This document shows, in pieces, positions 25,401-39,139 of a stretch of 64,000 nt of DNA. The notes beneath the pieces are model-generated. The model made no database searches and had not been told where the DNA came from. It saw only the letters and a list, made by a program, of their open reading frames with translations. The stretch lies in the NCBI GenBank assembly GCA_964188305.1, contig OZ076889.1; one strand, 5' to 3'. This DNA comes from Podarcis bocagei. Lineage: Eukaryota. The position numbers and the translations under genes are program-made. The stretch's first letter is position 1; each line of letters begins with the position of its first letter.

Positions 25401-28400
25401 GGTGAGTAGGAGCCTGCTGCAGACCTTCCAGCTCAACGTGGGTGGTTGGGAACAGTGTTAGAAACTCAGATACATAAGCTAGGCACCAAATGACTCCTTA
25501 AAGCAGCGTTCCGTTTGCCAAAACGGAATGTCTAGTTGCCATTTGGGGGCCAGACGACTCAAAAGTTGTATTTTTCAATACAACTTTTTGGTTTCTGAAA
25601 TTCATTCTGATTGTGCAGATAAAATATAATGGGTAGAATTCTACAGGATATGTTGCTAGTGTGTGAAAACAGTCCAGATCCGAGGATCCCCAGGCATCCA
25701 CCGCCTGATGAGGGAGATGACTGGGCACCAGGATGGCACCTGACATCTTCACTTAGTCACAAGTGGCCAATAGTCAGGTGCAAATTACACATAGCAAATT
25801 CTGAACACTGGTTGGAAACATATTGTAAAGTGTAACACACATTTGAGCCTGAACATGCCTTTAGCCATTGCAAATGCTATAATATTTACAAACCAATAGC
25901 CATGAAAATCCTGCTATGTAATAATTTGTGATTTGGGCACTGTCAGTAAATTAGTTATTTTTTTGTTCTGAAGCCCTGTACTTTTAGAAGACTTGCTTCA
26001 CTTATGCAGGACGATGACAGCCAAATTCCCCTTATTGGGTAAAAGAATGTTTGCTCAAGACCACAGAGTGGCAGCTGCATGGGAACGAGGTATGTCTCTT
26101 TATCCCAGTAGAATTGCCTAAAAGAACACCTCTCCCTGTTCTGTCCACCATATTGCCTTAAGGTCAGCTGGAGAAGCCCTGCTTATGGCCACACCCCTGT
26201 GAGATGCTAGGAGTGTGGTGGGACAGGGCAGTGGTGGCTCCTCCTTGGGGAAATATGGTCAGCCCTCACCATTAAGAAATAAAGGCATATGATCCGTTTG
26301 CTCTGAAGCTTATGGAATTTTATTGGTGATTTTTATTTATTTATTATTTGGATTGTTTGTAGTTTTTATATATCCATCCTTTTTTGTAAGCCATCTTGGG
26401 ATCCAGATTGGAGGAAATGTGTGGGATTCTAACAAACAAGTCAAAATAAGTATTTTGTTTATAAGGAAGGTTCTGTAAAAAGATTATAAGGTCCACAGCT
26501 TAGCATCAGAAAGAGTGCCCTTGAGGTAAATTCACAAGATCTTCTATGTCATGAACCTTTTTCTGTAGGTTAACAAAAGGGGAATAAGTAGAAGGACAGA
26601 GAAAATCCCATAGAGCTAATTCCCATCATCCCCCACTGTTGGCCAGTCTGGTTGGGAACTGATCAGAGTCCTGACAACATCTGGCAGGTCACAAGTTTCC
26701 TACCCCTGCCATAGAGCCAGTGTTGTACAAGTAACATTATTTGTTAGAGCTGTGCTGCTGTAAAGAAATGGCTTTTATAGCTCTCCTGAAATTAGAGGGG
26801 ACTGTTCTTTACTGTAAACTTGCAAAATGTGCACAATTGATATAAATGCTGGATCTTTAGCAGGACATTTCTGTAAAATACATATTGGTAGTTTATGTTC
26901 TCAAAGCATTTGGGACTTGTGTTCCTGAAAATAATAGAGCTTGATCGAAAAATATGATCTTAATTTTGGCCATGAACCAATTGATTTCCTTAGCTTGATC
27001 TGCTGACCACCTACCCAGTTCCTGTAGTGACTGATTCCACTTGCTCTCAGTCTTGGAGGGCAGAAACCCTTTATAGAAAATATACCATGTTTCATTGACA
27101 TCCACACTAGCCTAGGTGCCCTTCCTAGCCAAGGGCGTGCCATTACATTTTCTGGAAATTGATGGTTCCAATAATACAACAGTAAGCTCCCCTAAGTAAG
27201 TATATGGGAAGTATCCACAATCACTCAATGAGGACTTGTACATTTAGCTATGCATATTCATGGGAAGTCGTGAAGGTCTTCTTTTGCTCAACATGGGAGG
27301 GAGCATGAATAGGAGAGTGCTAGCACCTGCTGTCCAAACAGAAAAGGAGATTGCCCCCTGTGCTAGTGGATTACAAGAGCATTTTTGGAATGGTATTTAT
27401 ATGGGTCAGCTGATAGCTTCAGCATAGTTCTATTGAGGAAGGATCTATTTACAGTCCACTGTTTTCCTTTACAGAATCTGTTCTACTCCAGGTTCGTGGT
27501 CCCCACGGGAAGATTTTGAATGCAACGAACCTTCTACGGCCTATAGCCTCCAAAGATGAGATATTAGCCACTGAAAACCACACTTTAGAAACCTTCTACC
27601 CTGTTTTGCCTACAATTGACCTTCAAGAAGTTAATGCATATGACATAAAAAATGATACAGGTGAATTTCCTAGAGCTTGGAGGATTAAGGGAAAAAATCA
27701 TTTTCACAGATGTTAATTTGTTATGGATGAGATTGTATCAGATGGCATATGTGAGAATAGGGGGTTGAAGTCAATACACTAAAATGTCAGGTTTCTTAAT
27801 TGCACTTTAGAAATTGTCTTCTTCTTGAGCAATGAGTTGTGAAATAGTTCTAACTATCACCTGATTTGTGCTTTAGGTTTCCGAGAAGGGTACCCATACC
27901 CTTATCCTCACACTGTGTACATTGCTCAGTATGACACCGTACGTAAAATGAGGCCACCACAGCTTCAGGCGAAAATGATAATGTTTGCTTTTGGGAATGC
28001 TCTGGCCAAAGCAAAGGAGCTATATGGGGTGAGTATTAAGATTTTTGTAGGAAAACTATGGCATATGCTGTCCAAATTAGGAGATGGCAGTTAGTTGCTT
28101 CTATTCGTCCAATCATTCCATTAATGGTCACCACGCTAGCTGCTGTTCCTAACTCAGAGGCAAGAGTTTGCTGAAGCTCCTTCTGTGCTTTGCTCTCTAA
28201 CCTTCCATGGGCAAATCCACATGGAAGCTTGGTGTGTTTCAGAGTTGGTGTTTTGGCAGTGCTAGGACACTGTGGTATTGTGACCCATAAGTTGCATTAA
28301 AAAAACCCCTAAAAAGCTGGCACTTTCCATTTCAGCTGTCCACAGGGAGTGTGGGATTGTTGGGGACTGACTGATGTAGGAAAACAAATTCTTGTTGCTA

Positions 28401-30069
28401 AGTTGTATGGTCCTTGTCATCCAGGAGTCTAACTGAAAAGCCTTGGTTGAATTCTAGGTCAGTTGTGGGCGTCATGGTACTCTATTCAACATGAGTTTCT
28501 CATATAAAATACTGAATAAATAATAGTCTGGTAAATGTCTGGTACCTGAACAGAAGAGGAAAAAAGCCCAATGGGATTGAAGCAGCTTTTTTAGCTGATA
28601 GTTGGTATTTGAACTTATGAGCATGGAGAGCTGTCACAGATTGTCCTCAAGTCCTGCAGCTTTTGTTGAGGTTTGGCTTGGCCTCTGGCAAACCCTCCAA
28701 GTAGGTGCCACTTCTTCCCCCAAACTAAAATCAGACATAATTGTAGTTCTCTGTCTTGCTAGCCTGTCTTATCAACTCAAAATGTTTTCCTGGCCAGATG
28801 TTTGCGCTGCTGTCTAGCATCTTTCTACCATCCATTGTGACCCTTTCCTGCGCTACCTTCTATCCCCAGTTATCCACATGTGGACGGACAACTTTACATG
28901 TTTTCAAGTACATTCGGGTGGCAAAGCTTAAGAGTAAATCAGGGATGGGGGAATCTGTGGCTCATTAAGGGTGGTTGGACTCCGCTGGTAAGGATGATGG
29001 GAATTGCAGTGCAACTGCACCTGGAGGGCCACAAGTTAACCACCTCTGATACAGCCACACTGTGTGCCTTTTTATCTTTATTTCATTAACAAATTAAGAA
29101 TTGAACCCATTCACGGTTTCACCCAGTTATAAAATAGGCAGTATTCTTCTTTTTAATACTGTACAGCATTTCTCTTGACCAACGGAGCTTATCCTATGGC
29201 TTCTTATTTCACACTTCCCTCTCATGCCGATTTCCAGGATGAGCCCAGGGTCCTGGAGAACCCCATTGTTGTGCAGACTGTGGCTACAGATGGCCAACAC
29301 TTCCATTTCCTGGTGTTCCAGTTGAATACAACAGACCTAGACTCTAGCAATGGTGTTAAAAACCTGGCCTGGATGGATGCAGATCATCTTCTGTATGAGG
29401 ATTTCAGGAGTCGTCCAGTAATCAAGAAGAAAGTTGTCCGGGTATGTTGATGAAGGTAGAATGGCTTGCTGCCGCAGGAACTCGGTCTAGCTTTATAGTT
29501 TAGACAGAAAAGCTTGGAGACTAAAAGGCAACATATTAATTCTCTGAAACTAGAATAGTGGGCATCCTGAACATCATTAAGTTAAGACTCTCAGTAGCAC
29601 TGAGGTGCTTCATGCCCAGCACCCATGTGATTACTTCGAGTGCATTACAAGCAGAAATGACCAGTGTGTATCATTGTAAAAGTACACGTAACATCGTAAC
29701 AGGCATGCACAGATGCCTTAACGATAATGCCATGCTCAAGTGCATGTTGGCTGATTAGAGCCTGGTTCTGACAACATCTCTTCAGGATATCCAAAAGTTA
29801 TAAAAACAAACACAAAACCTTAAGTTGTTTGAATCCTTTTTATATCCTCTTCAAGAAATTGCTTCCTTTCCTTTGTTTCAGGGAAGGGACAGGATGAGAA
29901 TAAACTTAAGATGGTATTTGAGCACAGTGAAATGTATTGCTGTATTAATGTGTATGACAGACATTGAAAATCCAAAATTTCCCCCCTACAGATTCCAGCT
30001 GGAATACATGGCTATCAACCAGACACATTCAAGAAGTTCCTGGCATTGTACTTGCATGGTGTCGTGTGA
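21913..30069 (+). CDS. MRPL37: Mitochondrial ribosomal protein L37 (mL37), complete spliced CDS: join(21913..22297,23292..23475,25974..26089,27475..27660,27877..28028,29238..29441,29992..30069), 1305 nt, 434 aa
   Basis: Seven GT-AG exons with matching phases; recognisable peptides [53 protein letters not shown]. Start codon uncertain (see findings). Confidence 0.95.
22490..22555. repeat. Tandem duplication, period 35
   Basis: tgcagatcaggcat(t/c)attaatggcatggaca twice. Confidence 0.85.
23292..23475 (+). CDS. MRPL37: MRPL37 exon 2 ([13 protein letters not shown]...ETYC)
   Basis: cttgaag|GT ... TG|gtaagt; 184 nt. Confidence 0.93.
25974..26089 (+). CDS. MRPL37: MRPL37 exon 3 ([11 protein letters not shown]...AAAWER)
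   Basis: ttctgaag|C ... G|gtatgt; 116 nt. Confidence 0.92.
27475..27660 (+). CDS. MRPL37: MRPL37 exon 4 (ESVLLQVRG...KNDT)
   Basis: tttacag|AA ... G|gtgaat; 186 nt. Confidence 0.93.
27877..28028 (+). CDS. MRPL37: MRPL37 exon 5 ([13 protein letters not shown]...KELYG)
   Basis: ctttag|GT ... GGG|gtgagt; 152 nt. Confidence 0.93.
29238..29441 (+). CDS. MRPL37: MRPL37 exon 6 ([13 protein letters not shown]...KKKVVR)
   Basis: tttccag|GAT ... CGG|gtatgt; 204 nt. Confidence 0.93.
29992..30069 (+). CDS. MRPL37: MRPL37 exon 7 coding part ([25 protein letters not shown])
   Basis: ccctacag|ATT; TGA 30067-30069. Confidence 0.93.
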   Translation: MPAGIHGYQPDTFKKFLALYLHGVV

Positions 30070-30154
30070 GCAGAGCTCTGCCTTTGTTTCCTCCTGTAAT
30101 GCATATGCTTACGGTGCAGTTAAGGGTTAGAGACTATTTATTTTTTTTAAAAAA

Positions 30155-30160
30155 AATAAA
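30155..30160 (+). terminator. MRPL37: MRPL37 poly(A) signal AATAAA
   Basis: AATAAA ~85 nt after the stop, followed by T/GT-rich sequence. Confidence 0.7.
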
Positions 30161-31898
30161 GTTTCTTTATATATGTCACATGTAAATAATATTGTTTCAA
30201 TCTGTTGTCATAACATTCAACACCTTAAAATTGGCGTTCATTTTGAATCATTAAGTGCCAGTGTTCTACTTTTACAAGAAAGAATGGAAAGCAAAATCTA
30301 GTTCTGCACTTAAGGCTAGCTATACTTGGGCCATAATCCTGTCTTTCATCCTCATAGCAGCTCACCCCCCCCCAAAAAAAAAACCCCAACTTAGGTTGAG
30401 TGACAATATTAATACAAGTTCTGGGGTGGCAGCAATCAAGTAATGCACTTTTACGAAACATCTTCAGTTGCATTTGTTCAGTCATTAGGGAGTAGGTGAC
30501 ATTCTAGGGCTTCAAACAGCCAAGTTGAAAGTTGTTATTCCAAACAACTACTGTATATAGTGTCTTAGTTGCAGAGGAAGAATTCTAAACAATGAGAGGA
30601 CTAGTTGAGATTTAAGAAGATCAAATCTCTCAAATGTTTTGAATTTTCATTTAGACCATAATGATACACATAGCTAGAATATATACCGATAGTAGTATTA
30701 TGTATATTATTATGTCTATAAAGGTTTGTGTCATTGATACATTCAGGAAGTTGTAAAAAAAAAGTAAGCTTCCTTTAGAAAAGGAATCTAACTTGCTCAA
30801 ATCTAACTTGACAATAAGCTAAGTGAAACAAAGTTTTTTTAAAAATCTCTAAAATCCATCAGGAAACTGAACAAAGCTATTTGGGTTGCTAGAAAACAAA
30901 TGGGTGAAGATAAAGCAGCAAAATTGAATAAATTCACTGTATATAGTCAACAGTGGAAGATGTAGGACAGAGACTTGTGCCTGAACTTCCAGGGAGGGAG
31001 TGTAAAGAACTCAGAGTGACCAAGAAATGACGTGCTTGGGAAGGGGTAGTTGTTGTGTACTGTACTTCCAACGTTCCCTAACCATTAGCCACTCTGGCTA
31101 GGGCTGATAGAAACATCTGGAGAGCTCCATATTGACTCAGTGTTCTTGTAAAGTTAGATGGCATTAACTGTTTCCTACTCTAGTCTAATGTAGCACTTTT
31201 AAAAAGGGAGCAGGATCATGCAAATTGGAAGTTAGTTAGCTTATCATCTGGGCCAGGTCAACTGGTAGAGAGCATTATTAAAAGATCATTTAAGAATCAA
31301 CATGGTTTCTGCCACAGATAGTTCTTTCCTGAGCAAACTTCACCGCTATGGGATAAAAGGACAAGTCCTCATGGATGGGTAACTGGTTGATAACAACAAC
31401 AACATTATTTATACCCCTTCCATCGGGCTGGGTATCCCCAGGACACTGAGAGCGAGAATAAGTGAATGGTCCTCATGTTGGAGGGAAGAAAGTAGTAGAG
31501 CTTTCCATATCTGCAATGATATGCAGTTACCAGCTGAATTATATTTTTGAGCTTAACTAAGTACAACCACAGTGCTGCTAAAGATGAAACATGTTCCCAA
31601 CAAATGATCTGGCATTTGGGGTCCTTTAATGAAAAAAAATAGGATGTAAGATTTGTGCTTGGTAGGGAGAAAGTAGCTAGTTTCCTGCTTATTGGGATTC
31701 AGCAAAGAGACCCATTAGCATACTAATGCTAGTCCAGGACAGACAAAAGAAAGTTCTTCTCATAAAGAATAACTTTTGGAATTTGTTGACAAGATGCAAC
31801 AAGCGCTAACTTAGATGGCTTTAAAAGATTAGACAGACCACTGTAGAATAACTCTGTGAACAATTACTAGTGATGATGGCTATAGTCAATCTCTAGGT

Positions 31899-32083
31899 CA
31901 GAGCTTTCCAAATTTTTATTGTTGGTGACATACATTTTAGACATGCATCATTTTGTGACTATGGTAATTCAGTTTTGCTGGCAAACCGGAGGTTAAACTA
32001 ACCCCTTTCCAGCCCCTTGGGGAGTGCAGGGAGCATTCAGCTGACACACTAAGGTGTTGTGAGTCAGAGTTTGAAAAGCTCTG
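31899..32083. mobile_element. hAT-type MITE (185 bp)
   Basis: TIR CAGAGCTTTCCAAA/TTTGAAAAGCTCTG; perfect 8-bp TSD CTCTAGGT at 31891-31898 and 32084-32091. Confidence 0.9.
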
Positions 32084-35000
32084 CTCTAGGTTCAAATGCC
32101 TCCAAGGAACAGTTGCTAGAGAGTAAACAGTAGAGAGGACTGCTTTCATGTGCTTAAGGTCTAGCCAGAGGCTTTTGATTGGTCACTGGGAAAGAGGGGA
32201 CCAATCAGCTCCTGAGAACTTCTTATGGGGGTAAGAGGAAACAACAGGATGTAGAGGCTTGCCATGTTACTGTGCTGCATCTGCTGGCACATTCCCCATC
32301 TTTTCTGTAGAAGAATGTAAATCTTTTGAAAAAATAATGGCATGCACCCAAAGGGGACAGAGCTCCCTAAGCAAGAGAGGCTGAACCACCCTACTGCATA
32401 GCTGCAGTTTGCTTCTGATCAAGCAAGAAGCAGCAAAACTTTGACAAAGCAATTCTGCTCTACCAGAAAGCTAGTTGTAGAAAAAAATATTTCCAACTGA
32501 AACATTGTGAGCTTCTTAATTTGTGCTTGTCCAAGAAACAGAAAATTCTTTTCGGCTTGGTTGAATTCTATTATTTGCATAGAACTGAGGAGAAAATCTA
32601 TTTTACAACCTCATCTTTATGTAGCTAATAATATATTAGCTGCAGGAGGCTTTCCAACATGTTACTGTCAGGTCTTGCTAGGGATGTCAACAGCAATTGC
32701 CTGTGTGATGCTGGATACATCATCTTAACACGCCACAGGCCCTCAAAACTGGCATCTCGTTGCCACTTCAGGACTGGATGGATTTTGACAGATGTAGAAC
32801 TGACTTGTGATGCAGGGGAGCTATCCGATACCAGAGATTTTCAGCTAGCACGATGGTAGCACTCGGCAGCTCCTCAGCCACAGTGAGCAAGCCATCAGAC
32901 AATGGCTACACAAGGCCTAGTGCTATACAGGGAGACCTGGCTGAGCGGTTTGTGTCTCTTAGATATGAAAAGAAAACGCATCAACAAAACCACCAGGAAC
33001 AATCTGTATTCTCAACACGCCTTTCCACCCTCTTGTTTCCCTGTTATGAGCACAGACAAATGCTCTCTCCTCCTACAGTTTCTATACTACGGTGACAATT
33101 CTAAGGCTAGGCCCCAGGGACCTGCCAGAGTGTTTGTGATAGGCTTTTGAAGTTGCTCCCACTCGTTGATCTCTTTGTCTGAACTGTTTCAACAGGTATG
33201 CATGGCTCAGATAAAACACAGTGCATGATGAAGCCTGTATGCTGTTCAAGGGGAGAATTGTTTCTTAAAACAGCATGTTCCCTTGATGTGAAGCTAGTAT
33301 GAAATCAAACTCTGCAGGCTGTGCTAATAGCTCTACCAGGGGTTTGCATGTGCCCACAAACAACTCAATCTTAGACTTCAGTTGCACACATTCTTCCTGT
33401 ACTCCCTAACAGGGAAAAAGGAAAATGGGAAATGAATGCATTGCACAATTGGCGTTTCATTTTTATCTCATCTAAGGCCAGCTTGGGACAGGCTCTTGCC
33501 ACCTATCATTTGTAGTCCAGCGCTAGACAGGACAATGATCCCCCTGGGTGTTCTGAAATAGAATTAGCATAACCAGATAATAGACATTCATGATGTATAA
33601 TTCCCACCACCACCACCCACACATCAGAATAGCTACCTTAACTTGCAACCAGTGTTATGACCAAGTAGTATTTGTTGTTCCGTATGCTCTAGAACCATAA
33701 ACCAGCAGGTTTTTATACTATAAACTTCTAATATGCTTTAGCTAAAGTATTCTAAAACCCAGCAAACGCCTTCACTGCAAAAACGGATCTAAACAAAATT
33801 CCCAGTTTCACAGCAAAACACTACATTTAAAAATTCTGCAATTTATATCATAGGAAGGAATGTAAAGTCAGATTTCTGATGACACTTTTTTTAAAAAAAA
33901 AAGTTTGAAGTGTATAGCTTTTACTACGGTGGGGTAGAGGTGGGGAATAGGGATAACTTTAAATCCATTCTCTTTGTTTGTTAATGACTTAAACAACCTC
34001 GTCCCAAACTATTACAGAAGGAAGCAAGGAGAGCAACAGCTACAAGAGCGCTGGCAAGATGCAGGATTGGCCATAGGGACCCTGCTGAACAGCTGGCCGG
34101 TGGCAATTCCAACAGCTGCACGCTGGCTGGTACAAAGGAGATGCTGCGTAGAAATGAAAGTGCAAGAGAGCAGCAGAACCAATGAGTGGCTCCCCTAGGG
34201 CCACTGAACTGGTGGTCCTGGATTAAGAGATTAAGCGTAAGGAATCGGAGAGCTGCCTTGGGGGTTCACTGAAAACACCTGCAAGTGCATTTAGCCTTCG
34301 CAAGTAGTCCAAGGGTTGAGGCAGGGCTTAGGGCCTGTCAGCAGCTTTAAGAATAAAAAGCAGCTGTGGGGAGCAGCACATCACATCTCTTGGGTTGTTT
34401 CTATAGTCTCTGCGGGTGCCCAGTCTTAAACAAACCATTGCTTAAGGCTGGACAAACAGTGTCAAAGTGCAAGTCAGCAAAGCATGTGATCCTATGGTTA
34501 ATAATCCTAATGAATATTAAGTTGTAACTTCCCACAATGCTTCCACCGTAGGGGAGAAGAACATTTGTGGCTACCCAACCAGATGGTTGGGGTATAAATA
34601 ATAAATTACTACAACAACAACAACAAAAGCCAGAAGACCCAACCATTTAAAGTCATCTGGCTCTCTTAACTAGGGACTTTGAAGAAACAGCTGGATTAAT
34701 ACATTTCATTTCATTGCATTGCATTTCATTTCTGCTGTGGGGGGGGGAGGGGACATATCTTCAGTAATGAGATAATTGGAAGCCTGTCTTCTGTAACAGA
34801 TCAACAGATATTTGATCCAGTTACCAGAACAAATACAAAGTCCAAATCTTGCTATTTAATCTTAAATTTAGACAAGCTGCTATTATGTTATTTGGAGGAA
34901 GATAGGATTATAACAAGCAAATGGTTAATACCTGTAGCCATCAGTGGAATTTGCTGTGATGGATGTGTTTGTGTGTCTATATAAAACAAAGTCTACCATG

Positions 35001-36075
35001 TTTAAATGGAACCTAGTTCTATGGCTTCCACAAAGTGCTAAATAGGCAAACATGCCCCAGGGATAATAGCCTTAAGCAAGCTGATTGTTTGGTGGAGGCC
35101 AGTATCTAGAGTGAAATAGGGAGAAAGGCATTAGCTACCAAACCTAGGGTCTCAGGCAGTTCTCCCTTTACTCCTATAGCCTCTACCTGGGAGGTGAAGG
35201 CAGAACATATCTGTCCCTCAGGATTCTGCTGGGCTCCAAACTTTTATCAGCTATGCAATGGGCTTTTGTTTTGACCAATGCCAGCATCAATAATAAGGGG
35301 CAGCTGAGACAGGCATTGGGCTGGAGCAGGAGAGGAAGTCTCCCTTCTGTGAGGAGAAAGGGCCAGAAGAGGTTCTTAAAAGAAATAAGAAAGTGGAACA
35401 AAAGATTACTAAAACAAACTGAAAATATGACGTTATTGGAAAAATTGTTATAGGTAGAAAGTAGTGAATGTCTAAGAAACAGGGAGGAGGAATGAAAAAA
35501 ACCCTGGCAGCTGAGGGGGGTTGTTAAGGTACAAAGCCGAGCATGAAGGGAAGATGGGGTAGGGGATGAGAGATGGGTAAAAATTCATTGAAATGCATGT
35601 GGGGATGAGATGGACACATGCCTTTTAGAACCTCTGGATCAGCAGATTCTGACTAAAATGGAGAGGCTGTTAATAGCTCCAGAGCAAGACAGAGCTGTGG
35701 AACTCCTTGCCACAAGGAAAACAGTGGTAAAGAATGCAGTGGCAAAGTATCCAATGCTAGATTAGCTCTTAGCTGAAAATGATGTCAGTAATTGCTGGCT
35801 GATTATATCAGAAGCCACCTGTCTCCATTTTATGACTGGTACTGCCCTTGCACCACCATTTTGAGAGTGGGGGGCCGTGGTCATTTTCAAACACCTCAAG
35901 TGGGCTGTGGGGGAAGGAAGTTTGAGAACCCCTGGATTATGTACAAATGTACAAAGTGGCTTCATGCATGTGGCATGCCTAGATAACACATGTCAGTGAT
36001 TATCAAGTTTTATCACTACAAAGCATAGGATGAAGTGGGCATCGTATTTAGCATTCAGAAAATGTCAGTCTTTCG

Positions 36076-36140
36076 GTACTTTTTGCTCATGTAGTACTTT
36101 TGCTCATGTAGTACTCATGTAGGTACTTTTTGCTCATGTA
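36076..36140. repeat. Minisatellite, ~4 units of gtactttttgctcatgta (one internally deleted)
   Basis: Direct read. Confidence 0.8.
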
Positions 36141-36528
36141 GTTAAAAAGATAGGCTTGATAGTCCTCAGGCAATGCCTGTTTAAATCTTACAAATAGAGA
36201 AGCGCAGCAGGCTGCCATCACAATGTGGTATTCGCTTGCGCAGTAGAACTTCCCCCATCCCTTTCTCCACATGCCTCAGAACAGATATAGGGAGGATGGG
36301 GGGGGCACTTCTGTTGCGCAAGCAAGGTAGTCAGATACTGCCCACAGCTTGCAATGCTTTGTCCCTCTCTGATCCCTAATAGGATCAGAACAAATTATGT
36401 ATGAATAAATTTTGCGAAACACAGCTTAGTTCAATATTTTGGTACATTTTAAAAGAAAGCCCTCCATACAGCTTGTGAGCAAAATACTTGAAATGCTGGC
36501 CCCAAGAGAAGCTGTAACTCTATTGCAT

Positions 36529-36881
36529 GGTAAAAAGTAAAGATACCCCTGACCATTATGTCCAGTCGTGACCGACTCTGGGGTTGCGGCGCTCATCTCG
36601 CTTTATTGGCTGAGGGAGCCGGCGTACAGCTTCTGGGTCATGTGGCCAGCATGACTAAACCGCTTCTGGCGAACCAGAGCAGCGCACGGAAACGCCGTTT
36701 ACCTTCCCGCCAGAGCAGTACCTATTTATCTACTTGCACTGATGTTCTTTCGAACTGCTGGGTTGGCAGGAGCTGGGACCAAGCAACAGGAGCTTACCCC
36801 ATCGCGGGGATTCGAACCGCCAACCTTCTGATCGGCAAGCCCTAGGCTCTGTGGTTTAACCCACAGCGCCACCCGTGTCCC
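36529..36881 (-). mobile_element. Full-length Sauria SINE (Squam1), lacertid type
   Basis: Minus strand starts gggacacgggtggcgctgtgggttaaacc, B box ggttcgaatccc, body ggtcatgtggccagcatgact, ACCTTT-like tail; 10-bp TSD CTATTGCATG (36520-36529, 36888-36897). Confidence 0.9.
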
Positions 36882-37359
36882 ACAATACTATTGCATGAGT
36901 ATTCATCAACTGCCTTGCTCCCTGTCCCTGGGATGAATCAGGATTTAAGTGTTGCTGAGTCCAAGTGCCGTGTTGTTTAGATGTGAAAAGGTAATACATG
37001 GAGGGCTGGATTCAACGGGTCTCACTAGCAGAAGCCCATGCAAGGTCTACTGCTACTACAGCGGGGCTGCTCCCCCATATGCCCCCCAAATTGCCTGGAG
37101 GTTTTTTTCTGCGAGAATCACCACAACAGCATGCAGGAGATTGTTCTACCAGGCAAGCAAAAATGCTTTGAGCTGAGCTGACAAGAGCAATTAGCACCAT
37201 TTTGAATTCCTCCCTGTATTGCTGGGGGGGGGGGGGCTTTGGAGAAGTCAGACCATTCTGGTAGTCATTATGCTAGAGAACCAGGAGGGAGGAAGCAGAG
37301 TATTGCGGGCCTTTTCTGCTTTTAATCAGATGGCTGCACTTAGGCTGGAAGAACCAGAC

Positions 37360-38030
37360 AAATATAGGATGGGGGACACCTCACTTACTAGCAGTACATG
37401 TGAAAAGGATCTAGGGGTCTTGGTAGACCACAAGCTTAACATGAGTCAACAGTGTGATGCAGCAGCAAAAAAGCTAATTCTATTCTAGGCTGCATCAACA
37501 GAAGTATAGTGTCCACATCAAGGGAAGTAATAGTCCTACTCTATTCTGCCTTGGTCAGACCCCCACCTGGAATACTGTGTCCAATTCTGGGCACCACAAT
37601 TTAAGAGGGATGTTGACAAGCTGCAACATGTGCAGAGGAGGGCAACCAAGATGATAAAGGACCTGGAGACCAAGCCTTACGAGGAGCGTTTGAAGGAGCT
37701 AGGTATGTTTATTCTGGAAAAGAGGAGACTGAGAGGAGATATAAAAGTCATCTTCAAATATCTTAAGGACTGTCACATGGAAGGGGGAGCAAGCTTGTTT
37801 TCTCCTGCTCTGGAGGGTAGGACTCAAACCAATTGCTACAAGCAAGGAGATTCCGACTAAACATCCGAAAAAACTTTCTGACAGTAAGAGCTGTTTGGCA
37901 GTGGAACAGACTCGCACGAGAGGTGGTGGACTCTCCTTCCTTGCAGGCTTTTAAGCAGAGGTTGGATGGCCATCTGTCATGGATGCTTGATGACCCTTGG
38001 GGTCCCTTCCAACTTTTAAGATTCTATGAC
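37360..38030 (+). mobile_element. CR1 LINE 3' fragment (~670 bp, frameshifted ORF2)
   Basis: CEKDLGVLVDHKLNMSQQCDAAAKK, QRRATKMIKDLE...YEERLKELG, RLNIRKNFLTVRAV; ends gattctatga. Confidence 0.92.
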
Positions 38031-38897
38031 TAGCAGCTGCTGCTTAAGATGAATTCTAGTGCTGCAAGACATTGCCCAGGTTTTTGTTACATGCACTGGG
38101 CAGTTTTCCACACTGCCGGTTGCGTGACTGAGCTCTGAACTGCAAGTGGAAAGATCAACACTGCTTTCAAAACAAGATTGCAAAAGTGCACGGAGTTTTG
38201 TACAACCACACCACTACGTTGCTTGAACGGTGGGTGCTGTGTTTACTTATCCAACTAATCCTGATGTGGACCATCCATAGTCAGCGTTCTCAGATGGTCA
38301 GCAGCTGTTGGATGTGCTCATACTATAACGGCACAAGGACTTCCTCTTCACACGATGAGACGAGTATCAAAGACCACTGCTGTTTCTCCACACCAGAGAG
38401 AAGCGAGCTGAGAAGTAACTGCTGTGGGAGCAGCCCACTATAAAGGTGGATCTGCTCCTCCACATCAACCTATAGGCACAGCAGCCTCTGGCCTTTCTTC
38501 ATATCCTCTTTTGAGTGGTTATGCCTGGCTGGAAGGTGTCCTTGAACTCTGATCATATCTCCTGCTCGCTTTGATGGACAACAGAGAATTGTGTGTGAGC
38601 ATGTGTAGAAACTAGCCCAGTATACAAAGGTTCACACCCATTGCTCCACCTACTTTTTCCTCTGGCTCCACCCACCATTACCATGTGGCCCTTTGGAAGG
38701 CGACCCAGAAGAGGATGCAGCCCTTGGGGTCCCCACCCCTGTGGCACCACATACAGCTAGAGGGACCTCTTCACAATCTCCCCTGCAAAGGCCTGGGAGC
38801 GACTACAGCCTATGCAAAAAATAGCTTCAACTGACCAGGTAGTGGAGCTCTTGTGAACTGGAAGAATTTTTTCTTCTTCTGTCAGCTTTCCCATGTA

Positions 38898-39139
38898 CAG
38901 CGGTACCTCGGGTTAAGTACTTAATTCGTTCTGGAGGTCCGTTCTTAACCTGAAACCATTCTTAACCTGAAGCACCACTTTAGCTAATGGGGCCTCCTGC
39001 TGGCGCCGCGCCGCCAGAGCACGATTTCTGTTCTTGTCCTGAAGCAAAGTTCTTAACCTGAAATACTATTTCTGGGTTAGCGGAGTCTGTAACCTGAAGC
39101 ATATGTAACCTGAAGCGTATGTAACCCGAGGTACCACTG
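38898..39139. mobile_element. Tc1/mariner (Tigger-like) MITE, 242 bp
   Basis: TIR CAGCGGTACCTCGGGTTA/TAACCCGAGGTACCACTG, TA target duplication, internal TAACCTGAA repeats. Confidence 0.9.

Noticed and set aside
36076-36140. CRISPR-like repeat array
   Set aside because: Head-to-tail minisatellite without spacers in a vertebrate genome.
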